From Octopus sinensis (lineage: Eukaryota): 64,000 nt of DNA. The stretch is taken from assembly GCF_006345805.1 (NCBI RefSeq), contig NC_043005.1, positions 109,244,001 through 109,308,000 of the forward strand, read 5' to 3'. The notes under the pieces were generated by a model, which ran no database searches, was not told the origin of the DNA, and saw only the letters and a program-made list of their open reading frames with translations. Positions 38,576 to 51,870 of this stretch are shown here, in pieces; positions within the stretch are counted from its first letter, which is position 1; each line of letters starts with the position of its first letter. The translations under genes and the position numbers were made by a program.

Positions 38576-39917
38576 TGTGTGAAATTTGATTTAGTATTTC
38601 TAAATTGAATTTTTTCCCTGTAAGTTAGGAGTAATATTCCCTCAGATAATTATATATATATTATATATATATGTACCTCTTTCCTTCCCCCCCTCTCTCT
38701 CCTCTCTCTCTGTATATATATATATATATATATATATAGGCATATATGTACATATATAATTGCATATTCATCCATATTTCTATAGCTATTATCTGCAAAG
38801 GTTATGTCTCTCTTCCATTTTACATGTGAATGAAACTTCTCAAGCTACCCAGACAAATGTATCCATTGAGACAACTATTCCTGTAATCCACATACCCCCC
38901 ACCACACAATTCCAAACTCTGCTTTGAAAAGTTACTTACAATTTATAGGTTACTCTTGTCTTACGGAATGAAAAACCACATACTTAATAAACATTAACAA
39001 CAAGAAAAATAACGAAAAAATCAACAACAACAATCCAAAAATAATTGAAAGTAAATTGAAAGAAAAACTAAATAGAAGTCTACTGAAAAAATAAAGTGTT
39101 TCTTTCCGGAATATTCCATTTATATACCAATATTCATGGCTTTGATTTCTTACAAGTTCTTACACTATTTGTTTTAATGGAGACATAGAATTACTTGTGA
39201 ACAATCTCTTGCTCTCAGATAGAATATTTATATTGAATTCATTGCATTATACATAGATGTATATATGAATATATTAATATAAGAATATGTATATACATAT
39301 ATACACGCACGCACATACATATACAAATATACGTATAAATAAACAGATATGTGGTGTGTGTTCGTGCAGGTTTTTGTGTTAGCGTATGTGTAAATATGTA
39401 ACTATATTTGTTTGTTTGGCCTCTGTCCATTTATATAATTATGAAATTCATGAGAATGTCTCCAATTTCAGACAAAAACATCGTAAAATCTAAAAAGAAA
39501 GAAAGGGAAAAAAGCTAAAAATTATACTACAAGGGAATAAATTAAAGAAAATATATCAAATAAAAATAAAAGCCCTGTAGACAAACACGAAAACTAATAA
39601 TAAATAAAAGTTTATCAAACAATAAATATGATTTTTCACTATATATATACATACAAATATCATTATGGAATTGTAAGTTGGAGTCTATGTATATTCACGT
39701 ACATTTCAACAAGCTTGTGTACGCATACAAATATACACATTTTATAAACTAATTTGAGGGAAAAAAATAAATTACTACTTTATCATAGAAATAATTGTCA
39801 GTGCATTTCCTTGGTTAAAAAGCGATGTATAACACAATTCTCATGGAAGAATATGTCCGAATTTTGAAGATTATAACTATATTTCTTAGAAATGAAAGGC
39901 AAAGAGTAAATATAAAT

Positions 39918-40155
39918 AGTGTTGTGTTGAGTCAAAAGTTTTGCAATATTTTGGTAACTTATCGACTTTGTTTGTTTCGTTACAACAAGAGTATCCTAGT
40001 GTTCGAATTAGAGGTCATCGTTTTGCACCATCTGAAGCCACCTTTCTGCCAGTTCTTTGATCCCATGTTGAAACCTGTGGTCGTCCTTCAAGGCAAAGAA
40101 TTCTTCACTGAGGTTTCTTGGCTGATGAGGTATTGCAAGCTCAGGAAGTGAACCA
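39918..40155 (-). mobile_element. mariner transposase 3' end with terminal repeat
   Basis: EEFFALKDDHRFQHGIKELAERWLQMVQNDD matches the mariner C-terminus (FF...GI..L..RW), followed by a probable TIR. Confidence 0.7.
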
Positions 40156-40729
40156 CGAATCATCATCATCATCATCTTTTAAAGTCCGCTTTCCATGCTA
40201 GCATGGGTTGGACGGTTTGACTGAGGACTAACGAACCAGACGACTGCGCCAAGCTCCAATCTGATCTGGCAGAGTTTCTACATCTGGATGCCTTTCCTAA
40301 CGCCAACCACTCCTAGAGTGTAGTGGGTGCTTTTATGTGCCACTGGCACGAGGGCCAGTCAGGCGGTACTGGCAATGGCCACACTCGAAATGGTGTTTTT
40401 TACAGGCCACCTGCACAGGATCCAGTCCAGCGGCACTGACAACTACCTCGCTCGAATGTTTTGTTCACGTGCCACTGGCACAAGTGGAAGTAAGGTGACG
40501 ATGGTAACGATCCCGCTCAAATGGTGCATTTTACGTGCCCACCGGCACAGAAGTCAGACAGCTGCTCTGGCAGTAATCCCACTCGGATGGAGCTGTTAGC
40601 GCTCCCCTGGCGCGGGTGTCAGTCATCGAATTTGGTTCAGTTCGATTTCAATTTCGTATCAGAGCAAGTAATAATCCAAGGGAGGTAAGCCTGGACTATA
40701 TTCTGGATGTGACGTCAGTCGGTATCTCT

Positions 40730-40960
40730 CACAGTCTTCTTTCTCTTTGACGCACTTTTTCCAGTTTATCCACAAGTTTGCTTATTCCACTGGAGAAGAA
40801 GATTTTTGGCCGGTTACACAACCATTTATGAACCACTTCCTCTGCTTCTTCATTCTTAGTAAATCAACGACTTCATAAAAGATGTTTGAGCAGTCCAAAG
40901 AGTTCATAGTCAGAAGATGTAAGATCTGGACTGTACGCAAAAAAAGCTTTGCCTTCATCA
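40730..40960 (-). mobile_element. mariner transposase C-terminal remnant
   Basis: AYSPDLTSSDYELFG...EEVVHKWL...FFSSGISKLV contains the mariner YSPDL.PSDY motif. Confidence 0.8.
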
Positions 40961-41329
40961 TTATAGCACTTGAGTAATCATCAACGGATCTCCACACACT
41001 TGTGCTTATGCTCTTCTGTTTAGTTCTCACACAGACTTTGGGGTTAAGTTTCACTGCACGGCACCTGGGCAACTACTTTCTGTCACAACCCCAGTTCACT
41101 CATACCTATCTGGATTGGTTTGATAGAAAGAAAGAAGCCCATCATATCTATCTGTGTGTGTGTGTGTGTATTTGACTATGTTTTATTCTTTATTTTGGCA
41201 TTGCAGTGTCATAGTTGTAAAAGAGCATCACTGTCATAAGTATTGCCATTCCTTTCCAATATTCTATGAGAATATATCTGGTCATGTGGAATTTAACCTT
41301 GTTTGGAAACATGCGACATTTAGCAACAG

Positions 41330-42090
41330 GAAGAGCCTTTGACTTTTGAATATCTGCAACTACCAAAAGTCTTACAGTCTATTTGTGGTTTAAAGAAATT
41401 TGAGTCTTGATTGCACTGGTATTACCTCATTGCAAGAGAAGACGACACTGGATTCCCCTTGGTAGACACTGAAAGCAACTTTGAGATGACCAATTTCCTG
41501 GCTAGGTTTCTTCTTAACCTGAAGCAGTTACATGTTCTGGGCAAATACAGAATTTGGTTATCATGAGTCTGCAGTCACTTCAGCAGTTAGCACCTGACAT
41601 GGTCTTGATTCCCCTAACAACCTGCCGTTTTTTCCTAACAATGATGTCATCAATAAAATGTCAGTTACTAGGGCAAGCGCCCAACATTTGAAGACCATTC
41701 TCATTGCACTTAGCAGCATAATTTCTTTGATTTCCTCTTAGCTATTATAGTCAGATCTGATGTAGCCCAGAAGAGTAAGCTTGTCTTTGCTTGGAACAAA
41801 TCTAATAATGAAATTAAGTGCTTCATAAAACTTTTCTTTGACTTCCTACACAGATAATGGCAATGTCATTTAGCTGAAAAAGGAAGCTGTAATGTCATGA
41901 GTCCCCTAACTCATGTAGATTTTCAATGTTGTGAACATTCCAGAAAGTGTAACACATTAATATATCTGTTAATTGACCTTCTTCAGTTAAGTGTGCCTCA
42001 TTCAAAGCTTACAATTTCCATGCCATATCTTGTGAATTACCTGGCAACCAAAATTATTCTTTCTCTGGTCTTCTGAAAGGAGAAGTGTGA
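41330..42090 (-). mobile_element. decayed RTE/BovB-type LINE endonuclease remnant
   Basis: EVKEKFYEALNFIIRFVPSKDKLTLLG matches the segment preceding GDFNARVG. The rest is heavily degraded. Confidence 0.45.
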
Positions 42091-42519
42091 CTGAATAATC
42101 CTTGTTTAAATTTATCATTGTATTAAATTTATCTTATATCTTACATTTCCATGCCGGTGGCACGTAGAAGGGCACCATTCCAGTGTGATCATTACCAACG
42201 TCGCCTTACTGGCACCTGTGCTGGTGACATGTGTAAAAAGATTCGAGCGAGGTCATTGCCAGTACCGCCTGACTGGCCCCCATGCCAGTGGCACGTAAAA
42301 AGCAACCACTACACTCTCGGAGTGGTTAGCGTTAGGAAGGGCATCCAGCTGTAGAAACTCAAGACTGGAGCCTGGTGCAGCCATCTGGTTCACCAGCCCT
42401 CAGTCAAAATCGTCCAACCCATGCTAGCATGGAAAGTGGACGTTAAACGATGATGATGATGTATTTACATTATATTCGTGCATGATGTTAAAGTTTGATT
42501 TGTAAGTGATGATTTCTCA

Positions 42520-42790
42520 GCATCATTTAACGTCTGCTTTCCCTGCTGGCATGGGTTAGACAGATTGAATGAAACTGGTAAGCCTTTCCCAACACCAACG
42601 ACTCCAAGAGTGTCATGGGTGCTTCTTATGTGCCACCAGCACAGGGGCCATTTACATGACCCTGGCAATGGCCACGATTGTGGTTTCACTTGGCTTGATG
42701 AGTCTTCACAATCCCAGCATATTGCCAATGTTCCAGTCACTTGTCATTGACTCCATGAAGCCCAACATTTGAAGATCATGCCGCAGGCAA
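42520..42790 (-). mobile_element. RTE LINE 3' end running from coding end into the (GAT)n-tailed repeat
   Basis: HDLQMLGFMESMTSD... is contiguous with GTGCTGGTGGCACATAAG...GCAGACGTTAAATGATG. Confidence 0.65.
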
Positions 42791-42897
42791 TGGTTACAAT
42801 TACAATTTCACACAACACCAGCAAAAGCCACAACTACGGTTTCATTTGGCTTCATGGGCCTTCTCAAGTAGCACTACTGCTTTGAATATATTACTCT

Positions 42898-43288
42898 TTT
42901 ACTCTTTACTCTTTTATTTGTTTCAGTCATTTGACTGTGGCCATGCTGGAGCACCGCCTTTAGTCGAGCAAATTGACCCCAGGACTTATTCTATCAGGCT
43001 ATTTTGCCAAACCACTAAGTTACGGGGACGTAAACACACAAGCATCGGTTGTCAAGCGATGTTGTGGGGACAAACACAGACATACAAACACACACACACA
43101 CATATATATATATATACATATATATGACGGGTTTTTTTCAGTTTCCATCTATCAAATCCACTCACAAGGCTTTGGTCGGCCCGAGGCTATAGTAGAGGAC
43201 ACTTGCCCAAAGTGCCACGCAGTGGGACTGAACCCAGAACCATGTGGTTGGTAAGCAAGCTACTTACCACACAGCCACTCTTGCGCCT
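42898..43288 (-). mobile_element. tRNA-derived CORE-type SINE, full length
   Basis: Reverse-complement copy of the 23003 family with an intact 3' end (...GACTGAAACAAATAAAAGAGTAAAGAG). Confidence 0.85.
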
Positions 43289-43969
43289 ATTTTCCCTACA
43301 CATTGCTAAACGCTTTGTAACCTTAATAAAAAATGCATTTCCTAATCAACCACCAACACAGAAAACAATTCAATAAAACAGTCCTGAACCAAGTTACAGT
43401 TGTTCTACCAATATAGAAGGCTTAATTACATGGAAACCAGCTTAATTAATGGAGGGCAACTGTTCATGGGGAAACACTTTAAGTAATAGCACTCTGTCTG
43501 TCTCTGTTGCTCTCTCTCTCTCTCTCTCTCTTTTTCTCTTTCTACCTCTCACCCGCTGTCTCTTAAGGTGGGGCAAAGCAGGTTCTTGTAGAGGATCTAT
43601 GTGGCTACTTTCATTTACATGAGAAAGTGAGAATCAATCGGTAGATGCAAAGATTTAGTGAATCATTCAGCTACCATTTTTATGCCATATTTTGGGAACT
43701 ACCTGGTAGTATTTAGTATCTCTTTGCGTGTCTACTGATTAATTTTCCCTCTAAACAAGAGTAGCCAACAACTTGTTCTACCACCATCTCCTTCTCGTAG
43801 CCTAACCTTCTCCTAGCATAAAGTCACTCCACCTCCTGAGGTTTTGTAGTCTTATGAGCTACATGGGGACTTCACTAGTGCCATTGATGTGTGAAAGGCA
43901 CCCACGATATGCAGTAAAGGAGTTGTCATTAGGAGAGACATCCAACCAAAGAAACCATGCCAAAATATA

Positions 43970-44690
43970 TATAAAATGTTCCTTCTCGAGCCATGCCAGG
44001 CTCACAAGGGCCGGTTTCCCAGTTTCAGTGGCATAGAAATTCCCCACCTGGATGGGACGCTAGTCTGTCGCAGGATTACTCACTTTGGCCAATGAAGTGT
44101 TTTGCTCAAGAACATAACACATCGCCTGGTCCAGGAATTGAAACCACAACCTTACGTTCATGATGCTGACACCCTAACCTATTTCTTTACTACCCACAAG
44201 GGGCTAAACAGAGGGGACAAGCGAGGACAGACAAAGAGATTAAGTCGATTACATCGACCCCAGTGCATAACTGGTACTTATTTAATCGACCCCAAGAGGA
44301 TGAAAGACAAAGTTGACCGCGGCAGAATTTGAACTCAGAGCGTAACGGCAGACAAAATATGGCTACGCATTTCGCCCAGCGTGCTAACGTTTCTGCCAGC
44401 TCACCCTAACCACTAAGCCACGTGCCTCCACACAAAAATAAATGTTCCTTCTCAAGCCATGCCAGGCTCATAGGGGCCAGTTTCCCAGTTTCAGTGGGGT
44501 AGAAATACCCCAGCTGGATGGGACGCCAGTCTGTCGTAGGATTACTCATTTTTGGCATCTGAATGGACTGGAGCAACGTGAAATGAAGTGTTTTGCTCAA
44601 GAACAACAACACATCGCCCGGTCCAGGAATCGAAACCACAACCTTGTGATCATGAGTTTGACACCTTAACCACTAAGCCACGCGCCTCCA
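43970..44690 (-). mobile_element. two tandem copies of a second tRNA/CORE-like SINE; the first is interrupted by another SINE (44180-44401)
   Basis: Head TGGCTTAGTGG...GGTTTCGATTCC, CORE-like TTCTTGAGCAAAACACTT. TSD CACCCTAACC at 44170-44179 and 44402-44411. Confidence 0.8.
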
Positions 44691-45659
44691 CAAACCATGC
44701 CAAAGCAGATCCTGGAGAATGATGCAGTCCTTGGACTTATGAAATCCTGTCAAGTCATTCAATACATTCCAGTATGGAAGATAGACATTAAATGATGATG
44801 ATGATGATAATGGTGGTGGTGGTGGTGGTGGTGGTGATGATTAAATGGCTAAACTACAGTTGTAAACTTTTAACTGTGAAAATCAAGCAGATGTGAATAT
44901 TTCTTGTTACTCTCTTTGTACACCAGAAAGTAATGAGGAGCCACATCTGTTTAAAGTTACACAGTTAATGGCTTAAATTAAACTACTTTAAAATCATCTT
45001 AGATTTTTTAATACATTCTGTGCTGCACATAAACATTTTATTTACTCACACACTCACGCACACACATAACCATATTTTTGTCATTAAAAGATGCTATAAT
45101 TGGCAAGTCTAACAGTATAACCCTATATCTTTCTTATTATATCTGTTCTCACTCATTGTATTAAATCTTGAGTGTACAGAATACAATTCATTTAAACTAC
45201 TTTGTTACATTCTCTGACCTTTAACACAAGTGTCCTACATATTTTATACTTAAAACATTCAAGATGAGTGTATATGAAGTTAATTATATAGTGTATTGCT
45301 ATTTAAAGTTTCTAAAAGTTAAATTATTTCTCTATAATTTCTTTTAAGATGGTCCATGTTAGAACATTTTAACTGGCACACCTAACATAGCAACTAATTT
45401 AATGTTGCCATCCAGCTTGCCAGGTTCTCTGTAGAGAAAAAGCAGTCAAATGTCTCTCAAATTACACCATGCTTCACAAAAGGAAGGACACATTAGATAA
45501 TGTGACTGCAGACACATTGTCTGAAATAAAGACAGCATGGCTGTGGATGTAATGATTTCCATAATAGGGCTATTCATTCAGAGTTCAGCAAGATCTAAGC
45601 AACAACAAATCTAATGCTTCTAGTAGAGTTTGTTCTATAAAAATACTTCACAACAATAA

Positions 45660-46340
45660 ATCGGGGAGCTAACTGAATTGTTTAGCATGCCGGGCAAAAC
45701 GCTTAGCGGCATTTTGTCTGTCTTTACATTGTGAGTTCAAATTCTGCTGAGGTCAGCTTTGATTTTCATCCTTTGAAGGTCGATAAAATAAATACCTATT
45801 TCTTTACTGCCCACAAGGGGCTACACACAGAGGGGACAAACAAGGACAGACAAACGGATTAAGTTGATTATATCGGCCCCATTGCATAACAGGTACTTAA
45901 TTAGAAAGGCGGTGAGCTGGCAGAAACGTTAGCATGCCAGGCGAAATGCTTAGCGCTATTTCGTCTGCTGTTACGTTGTGAGTTCAAATTCCGCCGAGGT
46001 CGACTTTGCCTTTCATCTTTCAGGGTCAATAAATTAAGTACCAGTTACACACTGGGGTCGATGTAATCGACTTAATACCTATGTCTGTCCTTGTTTGTCC
46101 CCTCTGTGTTTAGCCCCTTGTGGGTAATAAAGAAATAGGTACTTAATTAGTTGACCCCGAAAGGATGAAAGGCAAAGTTGACCTCGGCAGAATTTGAACT
46201 CAGAATGTGGCAGCAGATGAAATACTGCAAAGCATTTCGCCCGGCACGCTAACGTATACCAGTTGAACACTGAGGATGATGATTTTGACTTACAGCCTCC
46301 CTAAACTTGCTGGCCTTGTGCATAAATTTGAAACCAGTAT
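45660..46340. mobile_element. three nested copies of one SINE family
   Basis: The outer + copy is split at ATACC, the middle - copy is split with TSD TACTTAATTAG, and the inner + copy spans 45905-46139. Confidence 0.75.
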
Positions 46341-46931
46341 TTCACCACAGCAAGGCAGTGAACCACATAAGGCAGTGCACCACATAAGGCAGTGAACCAC
46401 ATAAGGCAGTGAACCACATAAGGCAGTGAACTAACAGAATCATTAGCATGCTGAGCAAAATACTTAGCAGCATTCTGAGTTCAAATTCCACTGAGGTCGA
46501 CATTACTTTTTATCCTTTCGGGGGGTCAATAAAATAAGTACCAGTTGAACACTGGGATTGATGTAATTGACTAACCCCCTCCTGAACTTGCTGGCCTTGT
46601 GCCAAAATCTGAAACTAATATTTCACCACAGTCTGATGTTAGGCTACAACTGAATATAACTTCCCTGTAAAGGACCACTGAAAATGTGTTTCCCCAGCTT
46701 ACATCGTTTCTACTCCTAAAATGTTGATATGTAAAATAGCAGAGGAGTCTCTCCTATCAGCTAAGCACATAATCATAATGACATACAGTCTTCTGTTCAG
46801 CCCATAGCTGATTCCCTTCCCCAGTGAGCAGGACATTCTCTGAGTCACAACCAGGTTTATGGACATCCCATTGGATTACATGAATGATAAAATAATGATT
46901 GGTCATCTAATTGTTTCTACTTTTTACCAAT

Positions 46932-47281
46932 ACTAGCAGTATTGCCCAGCGTTGCTCGGGTTTGTTTCGACCCTTTGGAATTGGAATTTTTGAAAAGCCA
47001 AAATTTTGCATTATGTAGCTTCTTATTCTCTTTAAGTGAACATTTTTCTGGTTGAAATACACCGAGAAATGGTGACACAGCTGTCAAAAAATCGTAAAAA
47101 ATAGGGATTTTCATAGAGAAAAAGCACCTTTTTGATGTAAATAATTTTTGGTGTTAACATGGTCCGATCATACTCTCAATTTTGGTCAACTTGTGTCGCA
47201 GGGTCCCGGAGGAGATAGTGTTAGTTGAAGGCTACAAAACCTGCCACACACAGACAACTTCAGCCTTATATAGAGAGAGAT
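46932..47281 (+). mobile_element. Helitron-like non-autonomous element
   Basis: Starts ACTAGCAGTATTGCCCAGCGTTGCTCGGG (subterminal hairpin); ends (CA)n-CAGAC...TATATAGAGAGAGAT. Shares termini with 59299-59807. Confidence 0.5.
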
Positions 47282-47359
47282 TTGAGGACTTCAGTCCAAA
47301 ATTGATTTCACTCACCAGAACCTACAATGATAGCAGTGGTGATAATTGCAGTGCAGGTT

Positions 47360-47830
47360 CAAGTCATGACTGGTGTTAGCTACAGTGATGGTTGTAGTGG
47401 TGGCTGTGGTGGTAGTTGGGATGGTGGTTGAAGTGATGGTTTTGGTGGTGATTGAAATTATAAATGTTGTGGTGGATGTCATGATAGCCATGACAATGGT
47501 TTTGGTAGTGGTTGTAATGATGATTGTGATGGTTGTGCTAATGGTAGTGGTAATGGTTGTGATGACAGCTGTGGTGGTGAGTGTAGTGTTGATAATGGTG
47601 GTGGTGAGTTTAGTGGTTGTTGTGGTGATGGCTAACGTGGCAGTTGCAGAAGTGGTTATGCCGATGGTTGTAGCGGTGTTTATGGCAATGTTTGTGATGA
47701 TGATTATGATGATGATGGTTGCATTGATAGTTATGGTGATAGTTACAGTGATGGTTATGATGATGGTTGCATGGCAAATGTTGTGGCGATGGTGGAGCAC
47801 TGTAGTGATGCTTGCGTCGATGGTGGTGGG
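47360..47830. repeat. degenerate (GTG/GTA/ATG)n trinucleotide tract
   Basis: Read directly; it produces the Val/Met-rich and Thr/Ile-rich pseudo-ORFs. Confidence 0.9.
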
Positions 47831-48219
47831 GCTGGTTGGTATGTCTAAGTGAAAGTGCCATTACCAGTTCTAAGAATATTTCATGGAGCAATGCCGCTCC
47901 AGTATTTCGTGTCCTTCATATGCCTGCAAATAATATTCCATACTACCTTGTCGCTTTTCATTTGCAAAACTCTCGCTTAATTGAATTTTCTAATCTCTTC
48001 TTCGAAAATTTCTTCGCTGACCCCTTCTCCCCACTCCCTGTTTCCCACACCCCTACCCATTCCATTCCACTCAACTTCTCTTCATTTTCTCTCTGCTTCT
48101 TTCATCTTTCTTCTCTCTTCTTCCTTACCATTCTATTCTCCCTTCTATTTACATATAATTCATTTCTCTCACTTCCCACTGTCTCTCCCCACCACTCACC
48201 AGCCTTTCATCTCTAAACC

Positions 48220-49390
48220 ACTACCACTCCACTCTACCATCAATTTAACATACTACCACCAACACCAACACCGCTACCATAACCCACCAATACAAACATT
48301 TTCAAGTGTACCACCAACACCACAATGAACAGCATCACCATCTTCGGTATTTCTGTCACCAACACAAACAGTAACACCATTCTCACCAATACCAAGAACA
48401 CCACTATCACAGCAACTACCACCAACACCTACTAGCTACCACCTCCAATACTATCAACACAAGTGAAAAAAACACACCAACACCTACATCACACGACTGC
48501 TACTACCATCAACACTACCATCACAAATGATACCACTGACACCTATACAACAAAGTTTCTATCACAAACACCACCCTTGTGACCAACACTAGCAACAAAC
48601 ATCAAAACTACCACAGTGTACAACTACCAGTACAAGGAACACTCCAATACTTATACTACCACCTCACCACAGTCTACACTACACCACCAACACTATCACC
48701 TACACCACTTACTCTACCAGCTATACCACCAACACTACCACCTACACTACCAAAACTACCACCTATGCCACTAACACTACAACCAACTACACCACCAACA
48801 CTGCCACCTACACTACCAACATTACCACCTACACCACTAACGCTACCACCGCCTACACCACCAACACTACCACCTGCACCACTAACACTACCACCACCTA
48901 CACCAACAACACTACCACCACCTGCACCATCAACACTTTTTACCACCAGCATCAACACTAACACTGAACTTCAACACCACTACAACCACATACACTGCAG
49001 CACTACCACCATCTATACCACAGATATTTCTACCACCTATGCTATCACCACCTACACCAGCAATTACATTACTAATTACATTACCAGCCACCATTAGTAC
49101 TATTAATACTAAAATTATGACCACCATCCCTTACAACACCAACACCAGCATTAACCACTAACCACTACCCCAATGCATACTTCTTTCTCCAATATCACCA
49201 CACCCATACTACAATAACTACCAACAACACAGAACTATGCACAACAATGCTACTGAAAACTCCCACCCCCACAACTAATTTCACCCACATCACCACTACT
49301 ACAGCTACTACAAATAATGCTATTACCACCACCAGCTACTTATACTACCACAACAACCACCAATACCGCCATCATTTCAACACTAATAAC
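48220..49390. repeat. degenerate (CAC/ACT)n tract with short-period minisatellite at ~48690-48935
   Basis: Recurrent ACCAACACTACCACCTACACC-like units. Confidence 0.9.
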
Positions 49391-50206
49391 CAAATAGTCC
49401 TTTTTCTTTTCATGTTATACTTTCTCTCCTTCTTCCCCTCACACTACCACCCATCCTCGGCCACTTTATTCATTTTCATCTTTTTCTTATCCCTGACAAC
49501 ATCTTCCCCCTATCCTACCACTATCTCTCCTTGTTTTATTTTCTCCTCATCGACTTTCATATGTGTCTCTACCCATCCCACGCATAAATTTTGCTTCTAC
49601 TTTTCTCTTTACAATCATATTAATACCCACTACTCCCCACCATATTCTTTCTCTTTTCATAATTGTATGAATACATGCGTATATACATGAACACTTATGT
49701 GTATGCACTTATGTGTCAATACATGCACACTTATGTGTCTGTACACATATATATGTATGTGTGTTTGTTCATGTATACATGTATATTTATATATGTTTGT
49801 ATGTGTGTATGCATGTATTAACAACATGACTTAGACTTGCATTACTTGAAGTTTCATAGAAGTGAGAAAAATACTCTTGATATTCCAGTTACCTGCTTCT
49901 CAGTAACAAAGCTTTCAGTTTCTAAGTAAGACTGTTTGCCATTGCATGATGAGCAAGGCTAGTTCTCATTGACTAGTTCAGATCTCATGGTAGTGCTAGC
50001 AAATACTGAATAATATTAGGGGCTAGCACATATTGCTGAGAAACTGCACATATTACAACAGCCAACAATGCCTTTTAGCAATGAAACTAAACTGTCATTT
50101 TGTTGACACAGACAAGGTTCCCTGTTTGCTAATTTTAAATGATTAGCATTTAAAATCATTTCATAAATATTCTACCATACATTTATCATCAGCCTTTTGC
50201 TTCCCT

Positions 50207-50572
50207 ACTCTTTTACTTTCAGTCATTTGACTGTGGCCATGCTGGAGCACTGCCTTTAGTCGAGCATATTGACCCCAGGACCTATTCTTTGGAAGCCTAG
50301 TACTTATTCTATCGGTCTCTTTTGCCGAACCGCTAAATTACAGGGACGTAAACACACCAGCATTAGTTGTCAAGTGATGTTGGGGGGACACACAGATGCA
50401 CACACACACACACATATAAATATATATATATATACACATACATATACACGACTGGCTTCTTTCAGTTTCCGTCTACCAAATCCACTCACATGGCTTTGGT
50501 CGACCTGAGGCTATAGTAGAAGACTCTTGCCCAAGGTTCCACACAGTGGGACTGTACCCGGAGCCATTTGAT
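50207..50572 (-). mobile_element. tRNA-derived CORE-type SINE, full length
   Basis: Copy of the 23003 family. Confidence 0.85.
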
Positions 50573-51080
50573 TTATAAGCAAGTTACTTACCACACAGCC
50601 ACTCCTGTGCCTACGTAAGATCTAAACTTCTTTTTCTATAGCTGTTGATATCTGCCATAAACCATCTATGATCCCCATCATGGTCATTTCTAACACTGAA
50701 ATCTCAAACCAGAACAAATGGGACTAATCCTACACATCGTTCATCAGTTGGCAATCATAGATCTTACTACAAGCTAATAGCAACCATTTTCAGGTAAACA
50801 GTCAGTTGTAACCACCATCTGCCAGTAGTTAATACCAGTCAACGGTCACCAATGCCATCATGTGACTGATTGGGTCAGTAAGAATAAACTTTGTTCATCA
50901 TCCACTGATGATCAGCCAAACCAAGAAGCCATGAAAGCTTTATCACTTAGAAGTTGGTATCTGAAGAATAAGAAGTATTTTACTCACTTCTGTGAAGCTT
51001 TAAGTAATGGACATTTAATTGAAATATTAATACATACATACCCCCGAAAATACACACACATGTGAATGCATGTATATGTT

Positions 51081-51127
<47 letters not shown>

Positions 51128-51130
51128 ATG

Positions 51131-51870
51131 TTTAATGTACGATAAAATTTTTTTCCGAAAAAATTTTTTATCAATGGCCAACATATTAAAAAATACCTTT
51201 AAAGGTTAAAATTATAAATAAGGGCAAACGATAAAATTTCTAATGCCAAATAACCGAAATTGAACATATTGTTCATAACCATATAATTTTTCACAATATT
51301 TCTGTCGGCTTTTTTTTGAGTAGTATGCGTATTGTGAAAAATTATATGGTTATGAACAATATGTTCAATTTCGGCATATTTGGCATTAGAAATTTTATCG
51401 TTTGCCCTTATTTATAAGTTATTTATAATTTTAACCTTTAAAGGTATTTTTTAATATGTTTGCTATTGATAAAATTTTTTTGGAAAAAAATTTTATCCTA
51501 CATTAAATATAAATTTAATAGTGTTCACTTCCGGACTCCCTCACTCTATGAGAACCTCAATTCAAAACGCATGTGTCTTGAATGGACTGTAGTATTTCTA
51601 TTTTGGATGTATTTGGGGTACTTAATTGTGCTCATGACTTAGTGTTTTCCTTCTTCCATGGGTATGAGTAAGTATCTCATTTATTTCTTTGCCACATTTA
51701 TCACTGACGAAGGGAGGGTTCTTACGAACAAACCCTGAAATCGGTCCGATATGGTAATAATGGAATTTTTTACAAATTTCTGGCGGTTTTTTTTTGAGTA
51801 GCGTGCGTATTGTGAAAAATTATATGGTAATGGACAATATGTCCAATTTCGGCATATTTGGCATTATGTA
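51131..51870 (+). mobile_element. Penelope-type 3' terminal repeat with inverted duplication
   Basis: Palindrome 51131-51298 / 51330-51507. The segment at 51305-51390 recurs at about 51783-51866. Hammerhead motif at 51699-51751. Confidence 0.65.
51699..51751 (+). ncRNA. type-I hammerhead motif
   Basis: UAUCA-CUGACGA-AGGG...CCCU-GAAAU-CG-GUC-CGAUA: intact core, GUC triplet, stem I UAUC/GAUA. Confidence 0.55.

Noticed and set aside
47312-47852. Mucin-like Thr-rich or Val/Met-rich ORFs
   Set aside because: Open frames on both strands are a by-product of the degenerate trinucleotide repeat; no splice signals or domain context.
50908-50968. C/D-box snoRNA or hammerhead from CTGATGA...CTGA
   Set aside because: Box C lacks the leading purine, there is no terminal stem, and there is no stem II/GAAA arrangement.
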